A DNA stretch of 13,999 bases from Candidatus Bathyarchaeia archaeon (GTDB lineage Archaea > Thermoproteota > Bathyarchaeia > Bathyarchaeales > Bathycorpusculaceae), in NCBI GenBank assembly GCA_038882655.1, contig JAVZNT010000021.1, positions 1-13,999 on the forward strand, read 5' to 3'. The notes beneath the pieces are model-generated. The model searched no databases. It was given only the letters and a program-made list of their open reading frames with translations, and had not been told where the DNA came from. Both the position numbers and the translations under genes were made by a program. Positions 1-8,112 of this stretch are shown here, piece by piece; position 1 is the stretch's first letter; each line of letters opens with the position of its first letter.

Positions 1-545
1 TTCGCCACGCAGACTAAATATCCCTCCATACGGGTTGTTTTTTCTTGAGCTTCGACTCCATTGGAATTGGCGACTGCTATTTCGTTTAGGATTGCGGAGA
101 ACTTTCCATCGTCAATGTCCACGCGTTTGTCATAGCCTTTTGCTGCATCATAAGCGTTAATGACCAGGTTTAGCATTTTTTCCCCGCTTATGTTGGCAAT
201 CTCTGGATCGTATATGCCCTCTGGAGTTTTTGGAAGCCTCTCCTTTGTTGGAAGTGAAACCCATTCGGGGTTTGGCACAGAAACCTTTGCCAAGCTTACT
301 GCGGTTTTGCAGGTTTCCTCTATGCTTTCTTTTGAGAGTTTCGATGCGAAGGCGAATCCAAGCCTCTTGTCTTTTATTACTCGTATGCCTATGCCGCTTT
401 GGGTTTTGAAGCGTTCATTTTGGATTTCAGCCCTTTCTAGGACAACTTCCACTACCTGCTGGTTTTGAACGAAGACTTCAACTTCGTCTGCCCCGAGTTT
501 TCGACATGTTTTAACGGCTAATTCCGCAAAATCTATGAGACTCAT
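1..545 (-). CDS. pmbA: TldE/PmbA-family protein, N-terminal part (continues beyond the left edge)
   Basis: Not in the ORF track; read by hand from the ATG at 545-543: MSLIDFAELAVKTCRKLGADEVEVFVQNQQVVEVVLERAEIQNERFKTQSGIGIRVIKDKRLGFAFAS. GADEVEV and GIGIRV..GFA are typical of the PmbA/TldD N-terminus. ATGA overlap with the tldD stop. Confidence 0.88.
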   Translation of the reverse strand, partial: MSLIDFAELAVKTCRKLGADEVEVFVQNQQVVEVVLERAEIQNERFKTQSGIGIRVIKDKRLGFAFASKLSKESIEETCKTAVSLAKVSVPNPEWVSLPTKERLPKTPEGIYDPEIANISGEKMLNLVINAYDAAKGYDKRVDIDDGKFSAILNEIAVANSNGVEAQEKTTRMEGYLVCVA

Positions 546-1915
546 TTGGCTCCCCCCATCAAAACCTTTGTTCTTAGGCTCGGACCGCCTATACCAACAT
601 AGTTCACCTGTTCTTTGCCGCATAAGCCAGTCCGCATTGCAAAGTCTTTGCCTACAGCGTCCACATTTTTTAGAACTTCGAAGGCATTTCCGCTTATTGT
701 AACACCTCGTAAAGATTCGGCGAATTCGCCATTCCTTATTCTTACTGCTTCTTGTGTGCCGAACATGAATTCTCCGTTGAAGTCGGCTTGTCCAGCAAGT
801 CCGCCCTTTAAGAAGAAGCCCTCTTTTATATCTTCTGCAAGCTCCTCTAATGTGTAATCGCCCATTTCGATGTAGGTATTCCTCATCCTTATGATTGGGT
901 CGTATTCGAAGGTCCAGGCACGGGCGTTTCCAGTTGGATCGACGCCGAAGTGTTGGGCTGTTTCACGGGAATGCAAAAAACTTTTACAGACGCCCCTTTC
1001 GATTATGACTGTTTTCTGTGCTGGGACGCCCTCATCATCATACTTCATGGTTCCAAAACCGTTCGGGAGCACTCCATCATCAACTAGGGTTACTTTTTCA
1101 GAGGCAACCTTCTCGCCTATCTTGTTGGCTAGGAAGCTTCCACCGAAAACGAGGTCTGCCTCCGCACAGTGTCCAACAGCTTCATGGGCTAATAATCCGA
1201 CAATGCGGTTTTCGAGGATTACTTGATTATATCCGGCTGGTGCAACTTTTGCTGAAACGAGTTTGCTTGCCCTTTCAGCGGCGGTTAAACCGGCATTCAT
1301 TAGCGGCGTTTTTTCAAGAACTTCTAGGCCGGATTGTTCGCCGATGCCCTCGTAGGCAGAGGCAATATTTCCTTTTTCTCTGGCTACGACTACTACGCCC
1401 CCAAAGCACCGCACTATTCGCTGGCGGATTTCAGAGCCCTCAGAACTTAGGAAGGCTAGGTTGTCGTCAACAATATTAAAGGTTACGGTGTCGGAAACTA
1501 TTGTTTTTGAGAAACTCCTAACAGCCTTATCCACGTCTAGGACAAGGTTGACAAGCTCTTCTTTGTCCGCCTTTCCGAGATCTTTCTTCACTGGAGTTTC
1601 ATACTTGTCCACATATGGCTTTAAGCTTGAAAGTCTCACGATGCGTTTCTTTTTGGGCTTTGAAGACTTGGCAAGGGAAGTCGCATCCCCCAACATTTTA
1701 GCAATTTTTTCTCTCTCAAGAGTCGTGGAGGAGGCGAAACCCCAGCTTCCATCTATGAGAACTCTTGCACATGCGCCTTCCACAGCCCCGCTGTTCAGTG
1801 TGTCGACTTTCCCATCCTTAACGGAAATATTGAAAGTTTGCCTTTTATGGTATCGCAGTTCAACATAGCCTTCCACGCGTTTTTTAAGGATTTCCTTCAA
1901 AACTTCCACAGCCAC
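542..1915 (-). CDS. tldD: TldD-family metalloprotease (catalytic subunit)
   Basis: 457 aa; metal motif HEAVGHCAEAD (HExxGH..EAD), YDDEGVPAQ, TGNARA, PIIRMRNTY and C-terminal CGKEQ..VGIGGP. GTG start preceded by a GGTGA SD. Confidence 0.93.
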   Translation of the reverse strand: MAVEVLKEILKKRVEGYVELRYHKRQTFNISVKDGKVDTLNSGAVEGACARVLIDGSWGFASSTTLEREKIAKMLGDATSLAKSSKPKKKRIVRLSSLKPYVDKYETPVKKDLGKADKEELVNLVLDVDKAVRSFSKTIVSDTVTFNIVDDNLAFLSSEGSEIRQRIVRCFGGVVVVAREKGNIASAYEGIGEQSGLEVLEKTPLMNAGLTAAERASKLVSAKVAPAGYNQVILENRIVGLLAHEAVGHCAEADLVFGGSFLANKIGEKVASEKVTLVDDGVLPNGFGTMKYDDEGVPAQKTVIIERGVCKSFLHSRETAQHFGVDPTGNARAWTFEYDPIIRMRNTYIEMGDYTLEELAEDIKEGFFLKGGLAGQADFNGEFMFGTQEAVRIRNGEFAESLRGVTISGNAFEVLKNVDAVGKDFAMRTGLCGKEQVNYVGIGGPSLRTKVLMGGAK

Positions 1916-1981
1916 TTATTTTCACCAATCAGCATACTCATAGGTTTTAAGATAAAAAATTTGGCATATGAAGCTTTAGGG

Positions 1982-2227
1982 TTAGTCTTCACTTTCGCGT
2001 GTTTCTTGGATTCCGCTTAGCTCAGCTTTTATGAAAATCTTCTTTATTCCAATGTAGATGGCAAGACAGCCGAATATTACTGCCCCTATGAGGAGGGACG
2101 ATAAGGCAAGTATGACAAACTGCTTTTTTATGGTATCGTCGAAGACTTGAAGGGATAAGTATGAGAAGTAAAAGGCTAGGAAAATGCAAACTGAAACAGC
2201 TATAACTATTGCTGACTCCGCCTTCAA
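1982..2227 (-). CDS. Small membrane protein (2 TM), unknown function
   Basis: 81 aa with two long hydrophobic segments separated by DDTIKKQ; TTG start with GGTG upstream; fills the intergenic gap. Confidence 0.7.
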   Translation of the reverse strand: MKAESAIVIAVSVCIFLAFYFSYLSLQVFDDTIKKQFVILALSSLLIGAVIFGCLAIYIGIKKIFIKAELSGIQETRESED

Positions 2228-2322
2228 TTATTAATGCACCATGTCCCTTTTCATGTTTAAAATGAGGATGAGTTTCAAAAAGGCTTTATGAATTAAAAAT
2301 TCAAATAGAAACTAAACAGCAG

Positions 2323-3162
2323 ATGGTTTTAGAAATGGTTTTAACGCTTGAAGGAAAAAACCGCATAAAAAAGTTCAGAAAAATTGCGGCTGACTTTGCC
2401 TCCAAAATAGCAGCCCATGAAGGCGTGGCTGGCATCCTATTTCTAGGTGGTTTGGTGAGAGGTTTCGCCGACGAGTTTTCAGACTTGGATGTTGTAGTTC
2501 TCCTTAAAAATAGGGATGAAGACTTGAAGAGGAAACTAGTTAGGCTTTGGCGGGATGCAGAACGTCGCCACCGCATTGAAATAGATTTTGAAATTCATTT
2601 TATTGAGGATTTCAAAGCGTATGGCTGGGATGATGCGGATAGATGGGAGTTTTCAAAAGCCAAAGTAGTTTTCGACCCAGATGGAGAAGCGAGAAAAGTT
2701 TTGGAGGAGAAGCTGAGGGTTTCGGAAAATTTTTGGAAAAAGCGTATTGTGGTTTGCGCTGAATACTTAAAATGGTACTGCTGCCCTGTTAGGAAGGGTT
2801 CCGGCACAGTGGTAGAGGTTTGGATTAAGAGGGGTGATATAACAAGTGCCCATTACTGTCTAAACTATGGGGTTGAGTTGCTGATTAGGCTAATATTTGC
2901 TTTAAACAGGGAGTTTTTGCCAGCACCCAAATGGAGACTTTTCTACTCATATGGCCTGAAGTGGCTACCGAAAAATTATAGGAGGTTAATTAAGGAGGCT
3001 TTAGGAACTGGTGAGCTTTCGCTGGTGAATTTTGAGAAGCGGCTGCGGGCTTTGCAGGCTTTGGGGCAAGAGGTTTTCCGGAAAATTGAAGGGGATATGG
3101 GGCTTGACGTTGATTTAATATCCAAGTTGTATGTGGAGAAGGTTTTAAGACAGAGGCTTTAG
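2323..3162 (+). CDS. Pol-beta-superfamily nucleotidyltransferase with C-terminal helical (DUF4037-like) domain
   Basis: ILFLGGLVRGFADEFSDLDVVV matches hG[GS]..DxD; third acidic strand IEIDFEI; C-terminal LIFALNREFLPAPKW. The true start may be a few codons downstream. Confidence 0.82.
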   Translation: MVLEMVLTLEGKNRIKKFRKIAADFASKIAAHEGVAGILFLGGLVRGFADEFSDLDVVVLLKNRDEDLKRKLVRLWRDAERRHRIEIDFEIHFIEDFKAYGWDDADRWEFSKAKVVFDPDGEARKVLEEKLRVSENFWKKRIVVCAEYLKWYCCPVRKGSGTVVEVWIKRGDITSAHYCLNYGVELLIRLIFALNREFLPAPKWRLFYSYGLKWLPKNYRRLIKEALGTGELSLVNFEKRLRALQALGQEVFRKIEGDMGLDVDLISKLYVEKVLRQRL

Positions 3163-4600
3163 CCCAGAATAAGTAAACTTTTGTCTGCGCTAGGAAGCTT
3201 AGCCTTTTCAGCGCTTTTGCTAGCCCTTCACTGTTTAGCTTTTCTATTTTTTCTTTGAATTCCGTGTGGCTTGGGAAGGCTTCGCTTGTGGATACTATTC
3301 TTTTTCTGGGAATGGCGCCTTTCTCTGAAAGTTCGGTTAGGATTTTTATAACTTCGCTTTTGCCGATCTCGTTTAGCTTTTCTGTGTTGTATTTTTGGCT
3401 TTGGAGCATGTATGGCTTGAATCCTAGGGCTTCCAACTTTTCCATGGAATTTTGCAGGTGGGGGCTGGGCTTGCTTTCGGCTATCTTTCGCATTCCGGCC
3501 TTTTCGAAGAAGGGGTTGTATTTTGCCATGACGGCTAATGTTTCCACGTAGGGTGTTCCGGCTAATGGAAGTGTTTCTTTTACGAGTTTTGTTCCTAGGC
3601 CTATTGCGCGGTATTTTGGGTGTATTATTACTCGGGTTATTGTGCTAATTTCTTTTTGGAGTTGTTGGTGGCTGCCTTTCCAGACTTGGCTTCTTCCGAA
3701 CATTGTTGGTGGTGGATAGCTGTAGGCTATTACTCCGCAGGTTTCTTCTCCGCGTTTCATGGCGAAGATTTTTCTCGGCGGCGGCAGATAGCTTGAACGA
3801 TAGTGGAATTGGCTTAACGCTTTGTAGTCGGCTTTTGTGCCATGTTCTATGCGTATTTGGCGGGTTAGACTGCATTCTTTGGCTGGCGTATTTGGTTGGT
3901 AATGGATTGTTATTCCTTTGCCGAAACGTTTGTGGATGCGGACTGATGGGTTTAGGTCTTCTTGGAGGTCTGTGTGGGTTGTGGCGGCTATGACGGTTTT
4001 TCCCATGCGTCTTGCGGTTTTTTGGAGGTTGTATGCCACTATTTTTGCCGTGTCGCGGTCTAGGGTTGATGCGAATTCGTCTAGTATCCAGAATTGGGCT
4101 TGGCTTTCTATTAGTTTGGCTATTTTGTATCTGTATTTTTGTCCCTCACTTAGTTGCCCGTAGGTGCGGAGGAAAAGAAAAGCATCGTTTAAGCCTACTA
4201 GGCTTAGGAGTTCTAGGGCTTGTTGGAAGGTTTTGCCCACTGTTTCTATTATGGGCTTGTTGGGTGGGGGTTTTATTTGCCTAATGTTTATGCATGTGTA
4301 GGGCGTGTGTTTTCGGATGTCTTTTTCTAGGGCTTTTAGGAGGATGCTTTTTCCTGAGCCGCTTTCGCCTGTTATGTAGACGATGTCGCCTACGCCTATT
4401 TTTATTTCTGCGTTTTCGTATATTGTGAATTTTGTTGTTTGGTCTAAGCCGAGTCCGAAGGCTTCTGCTATGGTTTGGACTCTTTTTGTTGGTTTTGGTG
4501 GTGCTGTTTTGTAGGCTATGTTTATTATGAATTTGCCGGTTGCTTGGTCGTATCTGCGTTTTATGCTTTTGATTTGGAAAATTTCTTTTTGGCGTTTCAT
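2990..4600 (-). CDS. ABC-type ATPase fused to GNAT acetyltransferase (COG2401-like; GNAT resembles the Mom-like type)
   Basis: Walker A GESGSGKS, signature LSEGQ, Walker B FWILDEFASTLD, H-loop ATTH; then FHYRSS and GNAT motif A ITRVIIHPKYRAIGLGTKLV, plus NPFFEKAGM. Start placed at 4600 because of the ATGA overlap with the terL stop (track start 4615). The last ~57 codons overlap the NTase gene. Confidence 0.85.
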   Translation of the reverse strand: MKRQKEIFQIKSIKRRYDQATGKFIINIAYKTAPPKPTKRVQTIAEAFGLGLDQTTKFTIYENAEIKIGVGDIVYITGESGSGKSILLKALEKDIRKHTPYTCINIRQIKPPPNKPIIETVGKTFQQALELLSLVGLNDAFLFLRTYGQLSEGQKYRYKIAKLIESQAQFWILDEFASTLDRDTAKIVAYNLQKTARRMGKTVIAATTHTDLQEDLNPSVRIHKRFGKGITIHYQPNTPAKECSLTRQIRIEHGTKADYKALSQFHYRSSYLPPPRKIFAMKRGEETCGVIAYSYPPPTMFGRSQVWKGSHQQLQKEISTITRVIIHPKYRAIGLGTKLVKETLPLAGTPYVETLAVMAKYNPFFEKAGMRKIAESKPSPHLQNSMEKLEALGFKPYMLQSQKYNTEKLNEIGKSEVIKILTELSEKGAIPRKRIVSTSEAFPSHTEFKEKIEKLNSEGLAKALKRLSFLAQTKVYLFWAKASVLKPSPHTTWILNQRQAPYPLQFSGKPLAPKPAKPAAASQNSPAKAHQFLKPP

Positions 4601-5961
4601 TTTGGCACTATCCATAGGGCTGGTGTTGGCGGTTGGGTTTTTGCTGCGTATGCCGCCAGTGCTAGGCTCCAGAAGCGGTCGTCGTGAGTGCCTTCTGGGT
4701 GGGTTAGGCGTATTTTGCCTTCTTTTGTTAGTTGGTAGCGTTCTGTGTTTAGTTCTGCTATTAGTTCTGGGTCGTAGGGGATTTTTAGGCGCTTTTCAGT
4801 CATTAGTTGTTTTAGGTTGTTGGCAAGTTGCTCTTTTGTTTCTTGGGTGAATTTTATGCCTTCTATTTGGGTGTTCATGCCTATGTTTTTCATGTCTTCT
4901 ACTATGTATTCGCCTACTCCTGTCATGTCCACTAGGAGTTTTTGGGCGGTTTGCCATTTTTCGCATAGGGTTTTTGTATAACCTATTACTGTGGCGTATG
5001 GCGTTTTCAGTGGGAATCTGTGCATGTGCACAAGCCTTAGGGTGTTGTCTTGTTCTTGGTTTAGTACGGCTAATACGCTGGGGTCTTGGTGTTTTCCTAG
5101 GTCTAGTCCTGCGTAGAATCGTCCTTGGGCGGGTTTGTTGTAGGCTTGGTATTCTAGGGTTGGGTCTATGCAGGCTACTATTAGGGTTTGGGTTAGCCAT
5201 GTGTTTTGGTCTTCTGCCCATTCTGCTTGCATTTCGCGTTGCCATCGCCACTGGTCGTTTTCCAGTTGCCTCCTAATTTTTTGTAGGATTTCGCGTTTTA
5301 GTGGTCCGTTGGGTTCTGTGGCTTGTTGGTGGGTTACGTGGCTTTTCGCGTAGTCGCTGTAGGCTGGGTCGTGCCAGATCCGCCAGAAAATGCTGTCTGT
5401 GTGCCATGGTGTGCTGGTGCATATGAATTTTCCGTTTGTTGCGCTTAGTGTGAAGAGTATGGCGTCGTAGAGTTCTTTGTCGTTTGGTATAAAATTGAAT
5501 TCGTCTGCGTAGACGATATGCAATGTTGGTCCGCGGATTGTTTCTGGATTGTTCGGATAAGCCTCTATTATGCTTCCGTTTTTTAGGCGTACCGCCGTCT
5601 GCTGGGGTTTTTCGTATAAGCCCTTTGGGAGTTTTTTGAGAAGATTGTTTATTCGGCGGATGACGTGTTTTGTTTGGCGCCAGCTTGGTCCAACTATGCC
5701 TATCTGTGTGTTTGGGTTTGTTAGTGCGTAGTGTAGCAATAAGGCGGATACTGTTTGGGTTTTTCCGCTTTGGCGGCACCATCTGGCAGCAGTGAACTGG
5801 TTGGTTTGAAATTTGCGGATTAGGTCTGCTTGGTACTGGGTTGGCTGGAAGCCCAAGATTTGAGTGCAAAACTCTACTGGGTCTGCTGGTATGGGCGGCG
5901 TTAGGGCTTCAGCAAGCGCCTGTTCCAGTTGGCGGAGTTTTTGTTTTTGTCTTGGCTTCAT
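4597..5961 (-). CDS. terL: Phage-type terminase large subunit
   Basis: 454 aa; Q motif (FQPTQYQ), Walker A WCRQSGKT, Walker B VYADEFNF, coupling motif CTSTP, RNase-H-like nuclease residues AGLDLG..DPS, LVDMTGVG and HDDRFWSLALA. All motifs appear intact. Confidence 0.92.
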   Translation of the reverse strand: MKPRQKQKLRQLEQALAEALTPPIPADPVEFCTQILGFQPTQYQADLIRKFQTNQFTAARWCRQSGKTQTVSALLLHYALTNPNTQIGIVGPSWRQTKHVIRRINNLLKKLPKGLYEKPQQTAVRLKNGSIIEAYPNNPETIRGPTLHIVYADEFNFIPNDKELYDAILFTLSATNGKFICTSTPWHTDSIFWRIWHDPAYSDYAKSHVTHQQATEPNGPLKREILQKIRRQLENDQWRWQREMQAEWAEDQNTWLTQTLIVACIDPTLEYQAYNKPAQGRFYAGLDLGKHQDPSVLAVLNQEQDNTLRLVHMHRFPLKTPYATVIGYTKTLCEKWQTAQKLLVDMTGVGEYIVEDMKNIGMNTQIEGIKFTQETKEQLANNLKQLMTEKRLKIPYDPELIAELNTERYQLTKEGKIRLTHPEGTHDDRFWSLALAAYAAKTQPPTPALWIVPK

Positions 5962-6307
5962 CTATGAGCCTCTCGAGTTTTGCTAGGTCTTCGTCTATTT
6001 GGTGTTCGTCGAAGTGGGTGGCTACGCCGTTTATTATTTGGGCTATGTAGGCGGCTACGCGTGCCCATCTTTGCCTCTGGCTGATGGTTATTCTTTGGGG
6101 TTTGCCGTTTTCTGTTTGGTATTGGATTTCTCCTTTCGCCATTTCGGAAGCCATGTTGAAGAGTTCTTCGAGTTGTTTCATGGTTTTCAGTCTGATTTTC
6201 TGAGTATCTGTTTTCACCTCCTCTTTTAGTTCTGCCACTCGTCTCTTCAACATGGCTGTGCGGGAAGGCTTTGCGGTGTCAATTTTGCTAGGCTTGAAGG
6301 ACTGCAA
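5909..6307 (-). CDS. Helical charged protein immediately upstream of terL; terminase small subunit candidate
   Basis: 132 aa, looks alpha-helical/coiled-coil; overlaps the terL start by 53 bp; GAGGGGG SD-like run upstream of TTG. The TerS call rests on position and size only. Confidence 0.55.
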   Translation of the reverse strand: MQSFKPSKIDTAKPSRTAMLKRRVAELKEEVKTDTQKIRLKTMKQLEELFNMASEMAKGEIQYQTENGKPQRITISQRQRWARVAAYIAQIINGVATHFDEHQIDEDLAKLERLIDEAKTKTKTPPTGTGAC

Positions 6308-6322
6308 AATTGGATACCCCCT

Positions 6323-6553
6323 CTAGGTTTTTTGTGCTATGAGAATGCCGCTTACAGTGCCAGTCAAGCCCGTTATGGCGGCGAAGATTTCGCTGTTCCA
6401 CCTGCCAGTGAAAGCCAGATGGGCGACTTCTAGGGCGGATAGGCATATTGTCATGGCTAATGCGAATTTTACGCCTATGAGTAGCCTTGGGTCTGGTGGG
6501 ATTTCTTTATGCCTAACACGTCTCGTCAAAGCCTTCTTAATCCAGTCATTCAT
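6323..6553 (-). CDS. Small 2-TM membrane protein (holin-like topology)
   Basis: 76 aa, basic N-terminus (KKALTRRVRHK), two hydrophobic helices; ATGAATGA overlap with the upstream gene stop. Confidence 0.65.
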   Translation of the reverse strand: MNDWIKKALTRRVRHKEIPPDPRLLIGVKFALAMTICLSALEVAHLAFTGRWNSEIFAAITGLTGTVSGILIAQKT

Positions 6554-6938
6554 GGTTTTTAACCCTCTGTTGGTGGTGCTTCTTGCCCTTTATTGAGGCG
6601 CGTTTGCCGCCCACCAAGAAGCTGTTTAGAAGCTGTTTGGCCTCTTCAAGTGGAACATGAACCTTAGCGATTACATTGGTGTTGCTTGTCCAAGCCAGCG
6701 GCACAGCCGTATAATCAATGTCGTAGAAGCCATCAGCATAACGAAAACAGTTCTGAGCCAAAATAATATGCCTGTTCTTAGAGCCCAAAACGCCTAGGAA
6801 TATGCCCCAGCTGACAACTGGAACATCTATGCCGTTTAAGCCGCCGCTGAGACTCTTGCCTATGCTGGCGTCAAACCACTCAACACGAACCAAATCACCA
6901 AGACTTAACTCCTTAACCCGCTTAACAACCTCCCTCAT
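6546..6938 (-). CDS. Hypothetical protein, first gene of the terminase operon; resembles small phage VxVxWxDA beta-barrel proteins
   Basis: 130 aa; LVRVEWFDAS...VVSWGIFLG...IILAQ...TAVPLAW pattern; ATG preceded by GATGGTG SD and a TATA box about 40 bp upstream. Confidence 0.7.
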   Translation of the reverse strand: MREVVKRVKELSLGDLVRVEWFDASIGKSLSGGLNGIDVPVVSWGIFLGVLGSKNRHIILAQNCFRYADGFYDIDYTAVPLAWTSNTNVIAKVHVPLEEAKQLLNSFLVGGKRASIKGKKHHQQRVKNHE

Positions 6939-6950
6939 ACACCATCATCA

Positions 6951-6981
6951 AACAGAAAACGAACAGAAAACTAAATATAAA
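6951..6981 (-). promoter_or_regulatory. Putative archaeal promoter of the terminase operon with adjacent tandem repeat
   Basis: Minus strand reads TTTATATTTA (6981-6972) about 35-45 bp before the ATG at 6938; AACAGAAAAC occurs at 6951-6960 and 6962-6971 (11-bp period). Confidence 0.55.
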
Positions 6982-6983
6982 GA

Positions 6984-7045
6984 AAAACGAAATTTAGAAA
7001 TTCATAAATTTACCTGCCGATTCTCCTCAGATTAAATTTCGTTTT
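6984..7045. repeat. Perfect 13-bp inverted repeat with 36-bp spacer
   Basis: AAAACGAAATTTA (6984-6996) and TAAATTTCGTTTT (7033-7045). Confidence 0.8.
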
Positions 7046-7112
7046 AATTATTGATATCAAATAGAGCAAAACAAAATAAGCACTGCAATCTCACTACACT
7101 TGGTGAACCGTT

Positions 7113-8000
7113 TTGAATAAAAAGAATTGGCAAGTTTCTTTTATAATTAAGGGGTTAATTGTTCCTAATGAAGAAATAGCCTATGGAGACGTAATTATCA
7201 AACGTTGCGGCGAAAACGTCGATGAAGCACAACTTATCATGAAAGTTACAAAAGAAGAGGTCGAGGATAAAAAGACAATTCATACGGAATTTGAAAAGGA
7301 TGTTGCTAACATACTTCAGCTTTATGCGTTGGAAACCGGGCGGTTCGTTGCATTGCCTTCAGGTTATGCTGCCTCTCCCATCACAAATGAAACACCCTTT
7401 GGTAAAATTCCTCCAAAAGTGTTTACTATAAAAGTAGAATGGAGAGAAGACCCCAGAATTGTGAATGAATCATGTTCAGCTCTCAAATATGCCTTGAGAG
7501 CATATGAGTCTTTGAAAAGCGTTTTTGAGGATAGTTCGAAAGCCTTCATTCGTCATGGTATTAAATATTATTATATGGCCCTTGCAGAACATGATATCCA
7601 AAGGAAAATTATAGATTTGTTTATCGCCCTTGAAGCTCTATTTTCTGTAGGTGAAGAAGTCAGATTCAGAACTTCCTTAAGAATCTCATTGTTATTGAGC
7701 TTTTTAGGTCTAGACAGAAAAAAAGTATTTGACACGGTGTACGAGTTGTATTACAAACGGAGTAAGATAGTGCACGGTGTCGAAAATGTTGACGTATCTT
7801 GGGATGAAGTTAATAAATTAGAAAGATACTTACGTGATTGTCTCAGAGTTTTCCTATTTTTAGATAAGGGGAAAGACGAAATCCTGGATATGCTAGACGA
7901 TTGTCTTATTGAAGAAAGGATATGCTCAAAACTTAAGGAAACAATCATAACCGCCTATAAAAGATGGGAAGCCGAGAGAAGTAAAAAAGCGAAACCATAA
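7113..8000 (+). CDS. ApeA-like HEPN-domain protein (putative RNase, defence-associated)
   Basis: 295 aa; C-terminal LFIALEALF..E.RFR.SLR and YELYYKRSKIVHG (Rx4H HEPN motif); TTG start with GGTGA SD; AT-richer than flanks (16/60 G+C in 7561-7620). Confidence 0.78.
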   Translation: MNKKNWQVSFIIKGLIVPNEEIAYGDVIIKRCGENVDEAQLIMKVTKEEVEDKKTIHTEFEKDVANILQLYALETGRFVALPSGYAASPITNETPFGKIPPKVFTIKVEWREDPRIVNESCSALKYALRAYESLKSVFEDSSKAFIRHGIKYYYMALAEHDIQRKIIDLFIALEALFSVGEEVRFRTSLRISLLLSFLGLDRKKVFDTVYELYYKRSKIVHGVENVDVSWDEVNKLERYLRDCLRVFLFLDKGKDEILDMLDDCLIEERICSKLKETIITAYKRWEAERSKKAKP

Positions 8001-8112
8001 GGTATAGTTATATAATCCTGACATTGAATGTTATGGTGTAAGGGTGATAGACCTGTGAAAATAGCAATGTTGCTGAAAATCAACGCAAAGACTTTAGAAG
8101 TTGTTGAGTGTT

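Noticed and set aside
160-1868. Plus-strand ORFs 160-468, 615-857, 891-1226, 1018-1479 and 1461-1868
   Set aside because: Antisense shadows of the well-supported tldE/tldD genes; no motifs.
3255-6229. Many alternative ORFs over the packaging operon (e.g. 4796-5251, 5273-5869, 4518-4850, 3703-3993)
   Set aside because: Their P/R/T/N-rich or L/V/G/F-rich translations follow from the strong strand skew, which depletes stop codons; they overlap motif-bearing genes.
2323-8000. NTase and HEPN genes as an MNT-HEPN toxin-antitoxin pair split by the terminase module
   Set aside because: Both are far larger than minimal MNT/HEPN proteins, belong to different subfamilies (DUF4037-like and ApeA-like) and differ in base composition.
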